Assembly: GCA_048939995.1 (NCBI GenBank)
Contig: JBHLOY010000001.1
Span: 160,001-224,000 of the forward strand
DNA length: 64,000 bases
Direction of reading: 5' to 3'
Origin: Promethearchaeota archaeon
Lineage (GTDB): Archaea; Asgardarchaeota; Lokiarchaeia; Sigyniarchaeales; SOKP01
Below the pieces are notes generated by a model. It searched no databases and was not told where the DNA came from. It was given only the letters and a program-made list of their open reading frames with translations. How positions within the stretch are numbered: position 1 is the first letter of the stretch; each line of letters begins with the position of its first letter. Positions 9,125 through 19,662 of the stretch are shown in pieces. Made by a program: the position numbers and the translations under genes.

Positions 9125-9520
9125 CTAAAAATTAAGGAATGAATCCTTATCATTAGCTGTTTTACATAAGTATCGCTCACTTTCGTTTAATACTAAGGCG
9201 TATCTATTTCGAAGGCTAAGGAGCATGTCCCTTTCCCTCAAATTTCCTGTAAAAATCTCGTTACTAGGATAGCCTAAGCGGAAAAGAATTTTCGTTCTTG
9301 CAGAATCTATGGCGCTATCATAGAGAAGATATGGTCTTTGTTCCGAAATAATGTACCCTAAACCTTTTGCGTCACATTCCTCAATATTGTTTGAAAAATA
9401 GCTATTAAAAGTATTTTTCATAATGAATTCTGCTGATTCGGGAACTCTTCGCTAGTCACTCTTACCCCATTCCTCTCTAGTTTCACTACTTTTAGTCCGA
9501 ACTTCCTCAATTTCAGCCAT
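9125..9520 (-). pseudogene. Hypothetical gene with one in-frame TAG (ATG 9520, TAG at codon 23, then continues into ORF 9125-9421)
   Basis: MAEIEEVRTKSSETREEWGKSD*RRVPESAEFIMKNTF is in one frame. Confidence 0.5.
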
Positions 9521-9683
9521 ATTGATATTATAGAACCTCTATATTTAAAGAAAAAACCTTCTCAAAAAAAACCATTAATTCTCTTAATTAGGATATAACT
9601 GGTATGAAAAAATTGAAGAATTAATTGATTTTAATAATAACGAGTTTGAATTTGCAAGATAAAAAATCAATTCTCAACGATAA

Positions 9684-10208
9684 ATGCTAAAATATTATAA
9701 ATCATTAGAATTTCTTCTACATAAATGTATAAGAGTAAGTAGCGAAAATCTAATGAAAAAACCAAAAGCATTAAAAATAAAATCTATTTTCAGTGATAAA
9801 AAAACATTTTTCTGTGGAGAATGTGGATCAGCCATTAAATTACTAGATAAAACCTGTAAGAAATGTGGGTTCCAAAATAAAGTCAGAATAATGGCTATCC
9901 AAGAATTAGAGTCAAGGGAGATAAATATTAAACATGATTTAGATAGACTTGTAAGAGAAATGAAATCTAAATGGTTAATTGCACAATCTGTACAATTGAA
10001 AGAAATGGAAATAGATTTATTAATGGAAGCGGCTCGGAAAATTAAATTAAGAAGGGTGCAACTAGAAATAGGAAGTATCCCAGAAGATAGAATAAGGTGG
10101 GTAAAATCCCAATATCATGAAAAAAATAGAACTATCCAAGAAATCGCTGATGATCTAGGTGAAACCATGATCATCGTGAGGAAATACGTTGATTCTAATG
10201 TACAATAG
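9684..10208 (+). CDS. Zn-ribbon plus C-terminal HTH protein (start possibly 9753)
   Basis: CGEC...CKKC; C-terminal RTIQEIADDLGETMIIVRKYV helix-turn-helix pattern. Confidence 0.65.
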   Translation: MLKYYKSLEFLLHKCIRVSSENLMKKPKALKIKSIFSDKKTFFCGECGSAIKLLDKTCKKCGFQNKVRIMAIQELESREINIKHDLDRLVREMKSKWLIAQSVQLKEMEIDLLMEAARKIKLRRVQLEIGSIPEDRIRWVKSQYHEKNRTIQEIADDLGETMIIVRKYVDSNVQ

Positions 10209-10359
10209 AATTATAAAGAGTCTTTGGATTTAAATATAATAAAGTAACTTTCCAAAAGAAAAGAGGTTAGAGAAAACTACTTCTTCTAGAAAAATTAATT
10301 AAAGACGTTAAGGTTTTTGTCAATTAGATCTATAGATGAAACAATTTTAAGATAGAAAA

Positions 10360-10608
10360 ATGATTTGTCCAAATTGTAAGAATCAAGTTGTCCCAGAAAG
10401 GATATATATGAAACCTATAAAGGATTATTGGATTCTGGGCAGTCCTCAATGTCACATTTTACTTTATGAAGAGATTGTATATACTACTGAAAAGAGTAGA
10501 AAAATGGCAGAGTTAAAGAAAGAATTAAAAAGAAGGGGATTCGATAATTCTGTTTTAAAAGAATTAGATAGTAAGAAAAAAAGAGAAGTTAATAATAAAA
10601 ATCCCTGA
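10360..10608 (+). CDS. Small hypothetical protein with N-terminal CxxC (possibly truncated)
   Basis: MICPNC start; the frame stays open for about 37 codons after the TGA. Confidence 0.4.
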   Translation: MICPNCKNQVVPERIYMKPIKDYWILGSPQCHILLYEEIVYTTEKSRKMAELKKELKRRGFDNSVLKELDSKKKREVNNKNP

Positions 10609-10751
10609 TCGAATACGATGGCAACCCGAATTAATATAGATGATTTGCTTAGAAACACTCAAGTAAGACGGTATGATATTCTGGCTTTAAGTGAAGATTT
10701 TAGTAGAATCACTGTGGTTTAACTTTTTAATTGGACAGTTGTTATATATTT

Positions 10752-11213
10752 TTAATTCAATAATTTTTTAGAATTTCCTTTAAGATCTAGGTACAATTCT
10801 CCCTTATTCTCCAATAATAAGTTGAATATTCCATTGACTTGTTTTTGAAAGTTAATTATTTCGCCATTTTTATCAGTAAATTCAATTACAACTTTTCTCT
10901 CTAAAAATTCATGAAATACTTGTTGGATATTATAAATATTTACTCGCGTTTCCATGAAAAAATCTAATAAATGATGTAGATAAAAAGCTTTAACATATGA
11001 TTGTTCTTTGCTATATTTCTTTTCTAAATCTTTATAATGAAAAAATTTTAACTGTTTCAAGACAATAGAATCTTCTTCATCAAATAAGTGTTTTAATTTC
11101 TCGTTAAAGGTCCACTCTGTACCATAGTCAATATTTCTATCCACAAAATTAGCGATTAAGCGATCTATTCCTGCTTTATCTGTCCATTTATTATGAATAA
11201 CCCAGTTTGGTAT
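10752..11213 (-). CDS. Hypothetical protein; probable ATA start at 11213
   Basis: Frame open upstream of GTG 11144: (M)PNWVIHNKWTDKAGIDRLIANFVD; AAGGT 7 nt before the ATA; later LHHLLD motif. Confidence 0.6.
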   Translation of the reverse strand: MPNWVIHNKWTDKAGIDRLIANFVDRNIDYGTEWTFNEKLKHLFDEEDSIVLKQLKFFHYKDLEKKYSKEQSYVKAFYLHHLLDFFMETRVNIYNIQQVFHEFLERKVVIEFTDKNGEIINFQKQVNGIFNLLLENKGELYLDLKGNSKKLLN

Positions 11214-11363
11214 GCTAATAACCTTTTTGAAGAAATTTCTAATATATTTGTCTAAAAATTAACGTAAAAAATAAATCTTAAGATTCAAAGATAATAAAAA
11301 TAATGAAATATGGATTGTTCATTGTAATAACTATATCAGAAAAAGAATTAGTTCGGAACTATT

Positions 11364-12188
11364 ATGGTAAGAAGTAGGTCATCATTTCCAAACGAAGGGG
11401 AATTTGTGGTTGGAAGAGTTAATCATATTGAAGATCAATATGTTTATATAGATTTATTAGAGTATGAAGGGCTTTCATCGGAAAATAATGCAAGAGGTAT
11501 GGTTCATATAAGTGAAGTATCAAGTAGGTGGATTAAAAATATAAGAAGGTTTGTTAGAATTAATCAGATAGTCGTTGCAAGGGTTTTAAGGGTAGATCCT
11601 TCTAAAGGTCATATTGATTGCTCATTAAGAAGAGTAAATTCTGCCCAACGAGCAAAAAAGAAAAAGGAATTTAAGTATAAAATAAAATTTGATAATCTCT
11701 TACAAATTTTAACTGAAAATGAGGATATACATCTTAATTTGGATGAAGCTTATGAGCAAGTTGGTTGGCCACTTGTTGATCAATATATTGATTTCCAAGA
11801 AACGGTTGAGGCATTAAAAGAAAATGGGGAAGAAGTAATGAATAGTTTGAAGAGTGTTCCTGAAAATATAAAGAATGAATTCATTAAAATTGTTGATGAT
11901 AATGTTGAAATCTCAACCGTTAATATCACTGGAAAAATAAAATTAATGAACACTGATGGAGACGGAATCGAAAAGATTAAAGAAGCATTATTAGATGTAA
12001 AGAAGATTGTGCAAAAGCCAAAAGAAACTAGAAAATTAAGTTTATCTTACATAGGTGCCCCTTTCTATAGATTAGAGATAATTTCTAAGGATTATCTAGA
12101 TGCTGAAAACATACTTTCTGATGCTCTTGAAATTTTAGAGCAAAGATCAAAAACTACAAACACTTCTTATGAATTTATTAGAGATTAA
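11364..12188 (+). CDS. eif2a: Translation initiation factor 2 alpha subunit
   Basis: FPNEGEFVVG, S1 domain HISEVSSRWIKNIR, KGHIDCSLRRV, GAPFYR; followed by nop10. Confidence 0.96.
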   Translation: MVRSRSSFPNEGEFVVGRVNHIEDQYVYIDLLEYEGLSSENNARGMVHISEVSSRWIKNIRRFVRINQIVVARVLRVDPSKGHIDCSLRRVNSAQRAKKKKEFKYKIKFDNLLQILTENEDIHLNLDEAYEQVGWPLVDQYIDFQETVEALKENGEEVMNSLKSVPENIKNEFIKIVDDNVEISTVNITGKIKLMNTDGDGIEKIKEALLDVKKIVQKPKETRKLSLSYIGAPFYRLEIISKDYLDAENILSDALEILEQRSKTTNTSYEFIRD

Positions 12189-12204
12189 GCGAATCTGAAA
12201 AAAA

Positions 12205-12396
12205 ATGACAAAATATCTTAAAAAATGCAAAGAATGCAATAGATATAACTTACACAATCCAGAATCTAAATGTATGTATTGTGGAGGAGAACTAATAAAT
12301 CCCCATCCGGCTAAATTTTCATTAACAGATAAGTATGGAAAATACCGTATTCAGTATTTTAAAGAAGAATTTAAGAAAAAGTATAAACAAGATTAA
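12205..12396 (+). CDS. nop10: H/ACA RNP protein Nop10
   Basis: CKEC...CMYCGG..PHPAKFS..DKYGKYR. Confidence 0.93.
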   Translation: MTKYLKKCKECNRYNLHNPESKCMYCGGELINPHPAKFSLTDKYGKYRIQYFKEEFKKKYKQD

Positions 12397-13070
12397 GAAA
12401 TGTCTATTTTTTCAGCTACTTTTTCATTTATAAAAATCACAGCATTTTTATCAGGTAAGTTTGCAACATCATTTTTCTCAAAGGGGCCATAATTAATAAG
12501 GTCAATCCCCACGATAGCCTCTGCTTTTTTAAGAAACCTAATAAGTGTATAATTATAGCTTACTTCCCTTTCTTTGATTTTTGCCTCTTTAAGTAACTTA
12601 AGTTCTTTAGATTCGATTTCTTCTGCTTTTTCTAAGTCGAATTCATTATCTAAAACAGTAGGCTTTATTGTCTTATCAAAAATTTCTTCGAGTGTATAGT
12701 GATTTTCACCTAATGAAAGGTTTTTTACTTTTTCATAACCCTTGAACGTACTTATCAGGTTTTGATAAAGGAATCTCTCAGATTCGAGTAGATCTTCCAA
12801 ATTAACTTCTTGATTTGCCAATGCAGCACCTATAATTTTATTTTTCCTAATTTCTAAAAGATCATTAAATAAAAAATTTATATTAATCTTATAGGATTCA
12901 ATTAGTTGGAATTGAATTTTATCATTTTTATCAACTTGAAATGAGGTAATGTCAGCTAATAACTTGTTATAATCTTTAAAATCTACTTGCTTTAAACGGG
13001 TTAAATTTGCTTCTTCAAATTCTTTAAGCCAGTGTTGATAAAACTTCGTATATTCACGTTTTAAATCCAT
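12393..13070 (-). CDS. GINS subunit (Gins15/Gins51-like)
   Basis: Helical N-domain (EIRKNKII, LLESERFLY) and B-domain IVGIDLINYGPFEKNDVANLP; follows priS. Confidence 0.85.
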   Translation of the reverse strand: MDLKREYTKFYQHWLKEFEEANLTRLKQVDFKDYNKLLADITSFQVDKNDKIQFQLIESYKININFLFNDLLEIRKNKIIGAALANQEVNLEDLLESERFLYQNLISTFKGYEKVKNLSLGENHYTLEEIFDKTIKPTVLDNEFDLEKAEEIESKELKLLKEAKIKEREVSYNYTLIRFLKKAEAIVGIDLINYGPFEKNDVANLPDKNAVIFINEKVAEKIDIS

Positions 13071-13151
13071 AGTTCTGGAACTTTGGTTCTATTTATAGAA
13101 AATATTTATAGCTTTAGAATATTCTACACTTTTTTAATAAAAAAGTTTTCC

Positions 13152-14432
13152 TTATATTTTTATTGCAACTTCTTTACATAAAAGGAATACAGCAAAATGG
13201 TGAGGAACTTCCACTATTTCACCTTTTTCAAAAGGTCCATATTTTTTTCCTTTTAATTCTGTTAAAGGTACTAGTTCTTCGACGATTTCTAACTTTTGAG
13301 TTACATTGTCATCTACCTTAAAAACTATTGGATCAAGATTATCAGTTTCTTCATTTAATGGATTGAAGTTATTGAGGTGATTAATGTCTACCTCTTGAAC
13401 TTTAAATCCTGTTTTCCCATGAAGTGAGCCAGGATACCTGATCAATCTATGTATATCTATAGTAACAGGCTCATCAATTTGAACTCCAACATTTTTAATT
13501 ATACCCTTTAAAAATTTCGTCCATTGATCTATAGTATGAAAGCCTTCAATAGACCAAACTCTACCTTCACGGGATAAAATATTATTCCTGACCAATTCTT
13601 TTGAATCTAAAAAGCTTTTGACTTGGTTTTTAGTAAATTCATTTTCAAATAGAAAATGTTCAATATCTAAATCTGTTTTTGATAATAGATTCTCAAATCC
13701 ACTTAATATTTTATGAGGCCATCCAATACTCTCCCTTGAAAAGCCAAAAATATTTCCACTCCTAACACTTAAACCTAAAATATCTAATGATATGTTAGTT
13801 CCCGTGATATAGTCTGCAATCTCTCTTCTTTCATTACTTGAAAGATTTCTAATTTTGCTACTATCTATTTTTAAATGATAACCCCTATGTCCCGAAAATG
13901 TTACTTTTAATTGTTCAATAGTTATCCCAAAATCTGGTATTAAGAAGTCATAGATTAATTTTTTGATTTCTTGTTTAGCTCTATTTAAGCAAGATTCACA
14001 TATCCAAGCTATTCTTTTTATTTTTAATGAACCACATTTAGAACACTTTTCAGTCATACCTTTATCTATTTTGTTGCATTCCTTGCATATCCAAATATCA
14101 TGCTCTTCTTTGCATGGAGTATAAAAATGATCTACATCAATATCAAATATTAAATCACAGCCTTGATACCCTTTTAACTGCATCTCTGGGAAATCAGGTT
14201 TCTGGTAAATTGTTCCGCTGGAAAATACATGTTTAGGAGATTCTTTAACTAAATAATCTCGTAAAAACTCATCAGACTCAAATCCAACATGCCGGATCAT
14301 TATGTCTTTATCCCAAGGAATGAATCCAAATTCGCGTTGATTAAAAGAACTTACAATTGGAATCTGAGTCTTGTATTCATTATAATAAGCTTTAAATAGT
14401 CTTTTTAAGAAGATATTAGTTTTTGTATTCAT
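13152..14432 (-). CDS. priS: DNA primase catalytic subunit PriS with Zn-ribbon insertion
   Basis: REFGF, DLIFDIDVD, FSGHRGYH, IDEPVTIDIHRLIRYPGSLHGKTG. Confidence 0.96.
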   Translation of the reverse strand: MNTKTNIFLKRLFKAYYNEYKTQIPIVSSFNQREFGFIPWDKDIMIRHVGFESDEFLRDYLVKESPKHVFSSGTIYQKPDFPEMQLKGYQGCDLIFDIDVDHFYTPCKEEHDIWICKECNKIDKGMTEKCSKCGSLKIKRIAWICESCLNRAKQEIKKLIYDFLIPDFGITIEQLKVTFSGHRGYHLKIDSSKIRNLSSNERREIADYITGTNISLDILGLSVRSGNIFGFSRESIGWPHKILSGFENLLSKTDLDIEHFLFENEFTKNQVKSFLDSKELVRNNILSREGRVWSIEGFHTIDQWTKFLKGIIKNVGVQIDEPVTIDIHRLIRYPGSLHGKTGFKVQEVDINHLNNFNPLNEETDNLDPIVFKVDDNVTQKLEIVEELVPLTELKGKKYGPFEKGEIVEVPHHFAVFLLCKEVAIKI

Positions 14433-15610
14433 TTTTTCTTTTTACTATAAGAGTCAATACCTTTTATTCTACTTATAAATTGTTTATATTGGAGATAGAA
14501 TAATGGATGAGTTATTTTCTTATTTAATTTATCTTTTTTAGAAGTAAATCCATTTAGACATAAATCATCTTTATATTTAATAGCCATACATAAGTTTAAA
14601 GATTTTAACGATGAACAAGAATGTGGCACATAACCTTTTTTTTTAGCAAATTCCACTTGATATTTTGTCTTTTCACGATCAAAATCTGGTAATGTAGAAA
14701 AAACATCAATTATCTTCTCAATAGGATATTCTAATGCATGTAAGAAAAATACAAGGAACAATCTTTCAATATGAATTAAATTTTGATGGTCTTGTGCTTT
14801 ATTCAATATTTCTTTTATGCATGGAGGGAAGTTAAATAAAACATCTTTACCTTCTTGATATGTTAGATTAATTGAATATTCAAAACTCTCTTTTTTCAAA
14901 TCCCATAAATGTAAGATATTATCGTATAATTCTTTAAAATCCTTAACTTCTAGCATTTTTTGTTTGAACTTTTCTATTGATTTTTTATTATCTTTTTCTA
15001 TATCTAAGAATTTATTTCTCACATACTCTTGTAGAAGTCTAGCTAAAGTTCTTTTTTGTACATATATATAACCATTTTCTAAAGGGTTATTTATCAACCT
15101 TCTATAGTCATCTTTCAAATTAATCGACAATTTCAAATAATCAAGGAAATAGATTAAAAAATTAGTTTTTAATTCTTCATGTTGATCTTTATCGTAAATT
15201 ATCCTGAAAGTTTTTTTATTTTCAAGATATTTGATATTAATATTTAAGTCTTGACATATGTAGAAGAGGTTAGAATCGCCTTCATTTTTTAGTTTAGAAT
15301 AGATGAGTTTAGAATAAAGATTGGCGATTCTATTTGTAATTCTATTATCAGAAAATATATATATAAGAATCCTTAAAATTAAGTACAGTTCAACACTGAT
15401 TCTATCAAGATTAAAATCAGCTATCTCTTCAAGATTTTCAAAAGCAGCAGCAAAGAATTTAGATATCATTTCATATAGATTTATTTGAGGATATTTTAAA
15501 AAAACTCTAGAAATAAAATCTTCTGGATTCTGAGGTGCCAAATCTTTGTGATACTTCTCAAATGAATTAAGCCATGGATAATCAATTGTTAAGTGTAAGA
15601 GAGTCTCCAT
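14429..15610 (-). CDS. priL: DNA primase large subunit PriL
   Basis: YPW, FPPCI, HIERLFL, PDFDREKTKYQVE, SC..LKSLNLC Fe-S cysteines. Confidence 0.93.
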   Translation of the reverse strand: METLLHLTIDYPWLNSFEKYHKDLAPQNPEDFISRVFLKYPQINLYEMISKFFAAAFENLEEIADFNLDRISVELYLILRILIYIFSDNRITNRIANLYSKLIYSKLKNEGDSNLFYICQDLNINIKYLENKKTFRIIYDKDQHEELKTNFLIYFLDYLKLSINLKDDYRRLINNPLENGYIYVQKRTLARLLQEYVRNKFLDIEKDNKKSIEKFKQKMLEVKDFKELYDNILHLWDLKKESFEYSINLTYQEGKDVLFNFPPCIKEILNKAQDHQNLIHIERLFLVFFLHALEYPIEKIIDVFSTLPDFDREKTKYQVEFAKKKGYVPHSCSSLKSLNLCMAIKYKDDLCLNGFTSKKDKLNKKITHPLFYLQYKQFISRIKGIDSYSKKKK

Positions 15611-15699
15611 TTTTCCAAATCCTCATTTGAAATTTGTTTCAGGTTAAATAGTTGAGTAGAAATTAAATAAGTTATGAGTAAGAAGGATTATTAAAAAAC

Positions 15700-16527
15700 T
15701 TAGAACTCATCAAATTCATCCATATCCTCATTTTCTTGAAATTCATCTTTATCAACGCGAGGAGCAAGGAAATAGTACAATATTCCTCCATTCAAAAGAT
15801 TAAATATCATTTTTAATGGATAATCAGTTTTGAGAAAAATATCTAATTTTTCTGTGATGGAAGCAAGCTTAAGTATTTTTTTTAAGAAAGATATTGAATA
15901 TGCACCAATTTCCGTTTCTTCTATCTTCTTTTCGGGGAGATCATTTAATTCAATATTATATTCCATTTCTCCAATTTGACCGGAGGAATTAAACGTTAAT
16001 CCACTACTTTCGTCAACTTTTATGTTTAATATATCAGAATATATCTCCGCATCTTTTATAGCGTCTACTAATAGATCTGGAGAGAAATCTGGAGGTGTCA
16101 TGGCCCATGTAGCAAGATATTCAATCTGCTGTAATTTATCAATGGAAACCTCTTCTCTGGTTGTTCCTAATACTGATAAACTAAATGTACGAACACGATT
16201 GGAGTTTTTATTTTTCATTTTAATTTTTATTTTCTGATCACTTTCTTGGAATTGTATCTCAATCGAATCATCCACGGTACTTCTTTTTAAAATCTTATCT
16301 AGGTCATCAATATTTAGACTAATTTTTTGTTGTTTAACACATTTATAATCATCAAACTTATCTTTATCCATTGTAAATTTTATTAAACTAACCATACTCT
16401 CGTCATAGGAGGTAATTTCAAAGTCTTTTGAATTGACTTTAAATTCACTTTCATCGCTAAAACTTGCAAAGGTTTCAATAATTCCTCTTAAAATCCGACT
16501 ATCTTCTAATTTTAGTGAAAATGACAT
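15700..16527 (-). CDS. pcn: DNA sliding clamp PCNA with acidic C-terminal tail
   Basis: DESMVSLI, LDKILKR, YSISFLKKI, DYPLKM, YFLAPRV. Confidence 0.95.
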   Translation of the reverse strand: MSFSLKLEDSRILRGIIETFASFSDESEFKVNSKDFEITSYDESMVSLIKFTMDKDKFDDYKCVKQQKISLNIDDLDKILKRSTVDDSIEIQFQESDQKIKIKMKNKNSNRVRTFSLSVLGTTREEVSIDKLQQIEYLATWAMTPPDFSPDLLVDAIKDAEIYSDILNIKVDESSGLTFNSSGQIGEMEYNIELNDLPEKKIEETEIGAYSISFLKKILKLASITEKLDIFLKTDYPLKMIFNLLNGGILYYFLAPRVDKDEFQENEDMDEFDEF

Positions 16528-16707
16528 TTTTAATCCGTTCTTTTATTTTAATAGTTATAATGATTTGATATTAATATCTTTTTTACCACACTGTTTATAA
16601 AATTCAGTATTAGAGGTTTAATAATAGAAAATTTTAATATTTCAATTATTTATTATTAATAATCTTCAATTTTTAAATCTATATAAATAGAAAATTTAAT
16701 GATTTGT

Positions 16708-17040
16708 ATGGAATATAATAGAAAAGACCAACCCTATGCAAAACAGAGAATGATAAAAGACATTTTTGATGAAGATTTACGAATTCAAGTTACAGGTTAT
16801 TTTAAGGAAAAAATTGATGAGAATTTAATTGTTTTAAATGATCAAACAGGAGATATTAAAGTAAATCTTAAGGATGTTGACTTTAAGTTCAAACAAAATG
16901 ATTTAATAAATGTAATTGGTGATTTGATTATAAAAGTGAACGGAGAGAAAGAACTTGAAGCCGAGATTATACAGAATATGAATAGTCTCAATTTTGAATA
17001 TTATAAAAAAATCTATGAGATTAAAAAGGAGTTAGTCTAA
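16708..17040 (+). CDS. Single OB-fold protein (RPA small-subunit-like)
   Basis: IQVTG, LNDQTGDIKV, INVIG, LEAEIIQ pattern; divergent from PCNA. Confidence 0.65.
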   Translation: MEYNRKDQPYAKQRMIKDIFDEDLRIQVTGYFKEKIDENLIVLNDQTGDIKVNLKDVDFKFKQNDLINVIGDLIIKVNGEKELEAEIIQNMNSLNFEYYKKIYEIKKELV

Positions 17041-17240
17041 AAATTTTTGTATTTCTAATGTATAACCATTAGGATCTTGAAAGAATAAATGGATATATAT
17101 TGAACTTTTGATTTAAATTTGGGGGATTGGAAATTTATAGACCTGAATTTAGAAGTTTTTTATATTAATATGATTAATCCATAAATTTTTTAAAGATAAT
17201 AATTTAGTGATTTAAATTAACTAAATTAGGTTCCTTTAAA

Positions 17241-17579
17241 ATGGTTGATTTTTGTCCAGATTGTTCGAGTCTTTTAAGGAAAAAAACTGAAGATGGAAGA
17301 GTTTATCTTTTTTGTAAATGCGGTTATCAAAGAGAAGCAAAGAAAAAGGCAGATGATACTGAAAGAATCATAAATAAAAAGAAAAAAGATTTGGAAAAAA
17401 AATTATTAATATTATCTGAAGAAGATAAAATCTCTATTCATGTTAAAGTAAACGAAATTTGTCCTAAGTGTGGGCATACTAAGGCAGAGGCTTGGCAAAG
17501 GCAGATCAGAAGTGCAGATGAGCCAAGTACCTCTTTCTTTAAGTGTCTTAAATGTAAATATACATGGAGGAAAAATTGA
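17241..17579 (+). CDS. tfs: Transcription factor S (TFS / RpoM family)
   Basis: FCPDC N-terminal ribbon; CPKCG...QIRSADEP..FFKCLKC. Confidence 0.93.
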   Translation: MVDFCPDCSSLLRKKTEDGRVYLFCKCGYQREAKKKADDTERIINKKKKDLEKKLLILSEEDKISIHVKVNEICPKCGHTKAEAWQRQIRSADEPSTSFFKCLKCKYTWRKN

Positions 17580-17650
17580 TTATATATATTTAAATTCGTG
17601 AAAGTTTAGTTTCACGATAATTTTCTGAAAAGTCAAGCAATATTAGATAG

Positions 17651-19285
17651 TTATAATTTTTTTATTTTTTCTTCAAAATATACTTTTAACAAGTAGTAAG
17701 GTAAATCCCCACTTCTAAGAATGGTGTCATGAAAGAATTTTAAACTGAAATTAGGTCCCATTATTTCTTCTACTTCACTCAGTAAATCATTAATTAAAAG
17801 TTTTCCAATTAGGTATGAAAGTTGATAAGCAGGTGTAGAAGTATATCGTAAAACTTCTGCCCTAGCCTCAGTTTCTCCCATTTGTAATATATTCATTAGC
17901 ATTTGAATAGCTTCTTCAATAGTACGCTGTTTGCAATGTAATTGGATATCTAAATTGATTCTCATTGCCCGAAAAAGTTGCCCTCCTGTTACTAAAAATT
18001 TGGCTTTATTGAAATCTTTATGAAATTCTTGCTTAAGCATCATCTCCTCACAGTAATGAGCCCATCCTTCTATAGTTTCTAATGCATCACCCATCAATCG
18101 CGTGATAGGAGCAAATTCATTATTACATGCAAAATCTAAATGATGGCCGGGATATGCTTCATGAACCACTGCATTTGCTAATGTTGTGTAAGAATATATT
18201 GTAGATTCTCCTTCATTCTGCGCAGGAGTGATCATATAAACTCCTGGTTGATATTTACTGTAATAGGGCGCTTCATAATAAGCTGCTGAAGAAATGGTTT
18301 GGATAAGATGCGGGGGAGTCTCAATTATTGACAGACTCTCTTGAGGAATGGTAGCTAGATTATGAGATTCAATAAACTTTTTTGCTCTTTCAGCTTCACT
18401 TCGTGCATATTCAAGTACTTCTTGAAAATTGCTTATTTTATCCTGTTTAAAAAATTCTATAATTACTTCGTTAAGTGGCTTATTAGGATTAATTTCTTTC
18501 GCTATTTCGACTACCTTTTTATAGAGATTATTAAATTCTTTGGTTCCTTTTTTTAAAATCAATTTTCGATCCCAAGGAAGTTTCCTTAAATCCAATAGTT
18601 TATCGAATTTTTCGGGTCCTAATGCCCAAGCAAATTCGTCTTTATCTACTGGTAAACTTTTTATCCATTCTAAATGGGGAGATATTGCTGATTCACTCTC
18701 TTTAATTGCATTAACAAGCCTATCTTTAAGATCTGGGAGTACTTCTGATGTTTCACTGTAAACTTTAATAAGATTTAATAAAAATTTAGGAGTCATTTGA
18801 ATTTGCTCTAATGCTAAATCTCGCCATACTATTGGGATAGGAGTCTTGTCAAACCTAGATTGAAATTCTGCTAAATATTTGGGTAGATTTGTTAAATGGG
18901 CTATTATAGCTTCCGCCACATCAGTAGTTGCTCCCTTTCGTTGGAATAAAAGGAAGCTGGTTTCTTGAAAATACTCTAATCCATTGGGGAGTTTTTTCCA
19001 TAAAGGGAAAGCCTCATGCATGAATAAATTGATGTTATGATAGTATTCCAAGGTTTTTAGTGATATCTGGTTTTCAAAATTTAATTTTTCGGTTTTTAAT
19101 TCTTTAAGTTCATTAATCCATTTAGTAAACCAATTTAGGTTCTCTTCTAAGTGTTCTTTTGTTCCCGATTCTACAACTTTTTCATACTCTTCTTTCCCTA
19201 ATTTAACAGCCATTCTTGGATTACGCTTAAAGTATTCCTTCAATCTTCTATCGACTATTTGATCGAATTTTGTATTCTCATCCAT
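17651..19285 (-). CDS. DUF885-family metallopeptidase-like protein
   Basis: HEAYPGHH, EGWAHYCE, EVLRY..PAYQLSYLIG, LKFFHD. Confidence 0.9.
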   Translation of the reverse strand: MDENTKFDQIVDRRLKEYFKRNPRMAVKLGKEEYEKVVESGTKEHLEENLNWFTKWINELKELKTEKLNFENQISLKTLEYYHNINLFMHEAFPLWKKLPNGLEYFQETSFLLFQRKGATTDVAEAIIAHLTNLPKYLAEFQSRFDKTPIPIVWRDLALEQIQMTPKFLLNLIKVYSETSEVLPDLKDRLVNAIKESESAISPHLEWIKSLPVDKDEFAWALGPEKFDKLLDLRKLPWDRKLILKKGTKEFNNLYKKVVEIAKEINPNKPLNEVIIEFFKQDKISNFQEVLEYARSEAERAKKFIESHNLATIPQESLSIIETPPHLIQTISSAAYYEAPYYSKYQPGVYMITPAQNEGESTIYSYTTLANAVVHEAYPGHHLDFACNNEFAPITRLMGDALETIEGWAHYCEEMMLKQEFHKDFNKAKFLVTGGQLFRAMRINLDIQLHCKQRTIEEAIQMLMNILQMGETEARAEVLRYTSTPAYQLSYLIGKLLINDLLSEVEEIMGPNFSLKFFHDTILRSGDLPYYLLKVYFEEKIKKL

Positions 19286-19442
19286 TTTTTACTCATCCCA
19301 ATTACTAAATTAATCTACAATATAAGATAATTTTTGAAAGTTTCAAACCCATTTAAATATTAAAAGCTAAAATTATTTAAAGTTTATAGAAACTGCTTTT
19401 AAATGAGAAAAATCCAGTTAATGCATTTAAGGATATACTAAT

Positions 19443-19649
19443 TTAAGAAAGAACTTCTAAAATTTTTGTTAGTATGCGTGCTTTTCCCCCAGTAGACTGA
19501 AGTAAAAGTTTCCCGCAAACTAAACAAGATACATCTGTCGCGGAACATCCAAATATAATTTGTTGATTTCCGCAGTTAAGACATTTAACCCTTAAAAACC
19601 TGCTTTTTGGACCCGGAATCAAGTCTTTTTGTGCTTTCTTTTTCGGCAT
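19443..19649 (-). CDS. rps27e: 30S ribosomal protein S27e
   Basis: [31 protein letters not shown]. Confidence 0.97.
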   Translation of the reverse strand: MPKKKAQKDLIPGPKSRFLRVKCLNCGNQQIIFGCSATDVSCLVCGKLLLQSTGGKARILTKILEVLS

Positions 19650-19662
19650 CTTAAATAACCCA

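Noticed and set aside
9435-9475. Possible second BHB intron around the in-frame TAG of the 9125-9520 gene
   Set aside because: Only a weak GGGG/UCCC helix; the flanking helices do not form, and no conserved protein motif defines boundaries. A nonsense mutation is simpler, and there is no support for pyrrolysine.
16072-16096. Short insertion in PCNA (PPDFSPDL) as a possible in-frame intron
   Set aside because: It looks like a 12-nt tandem duplication (CCAGAT repeated) with no BHB fold and no stop codon.
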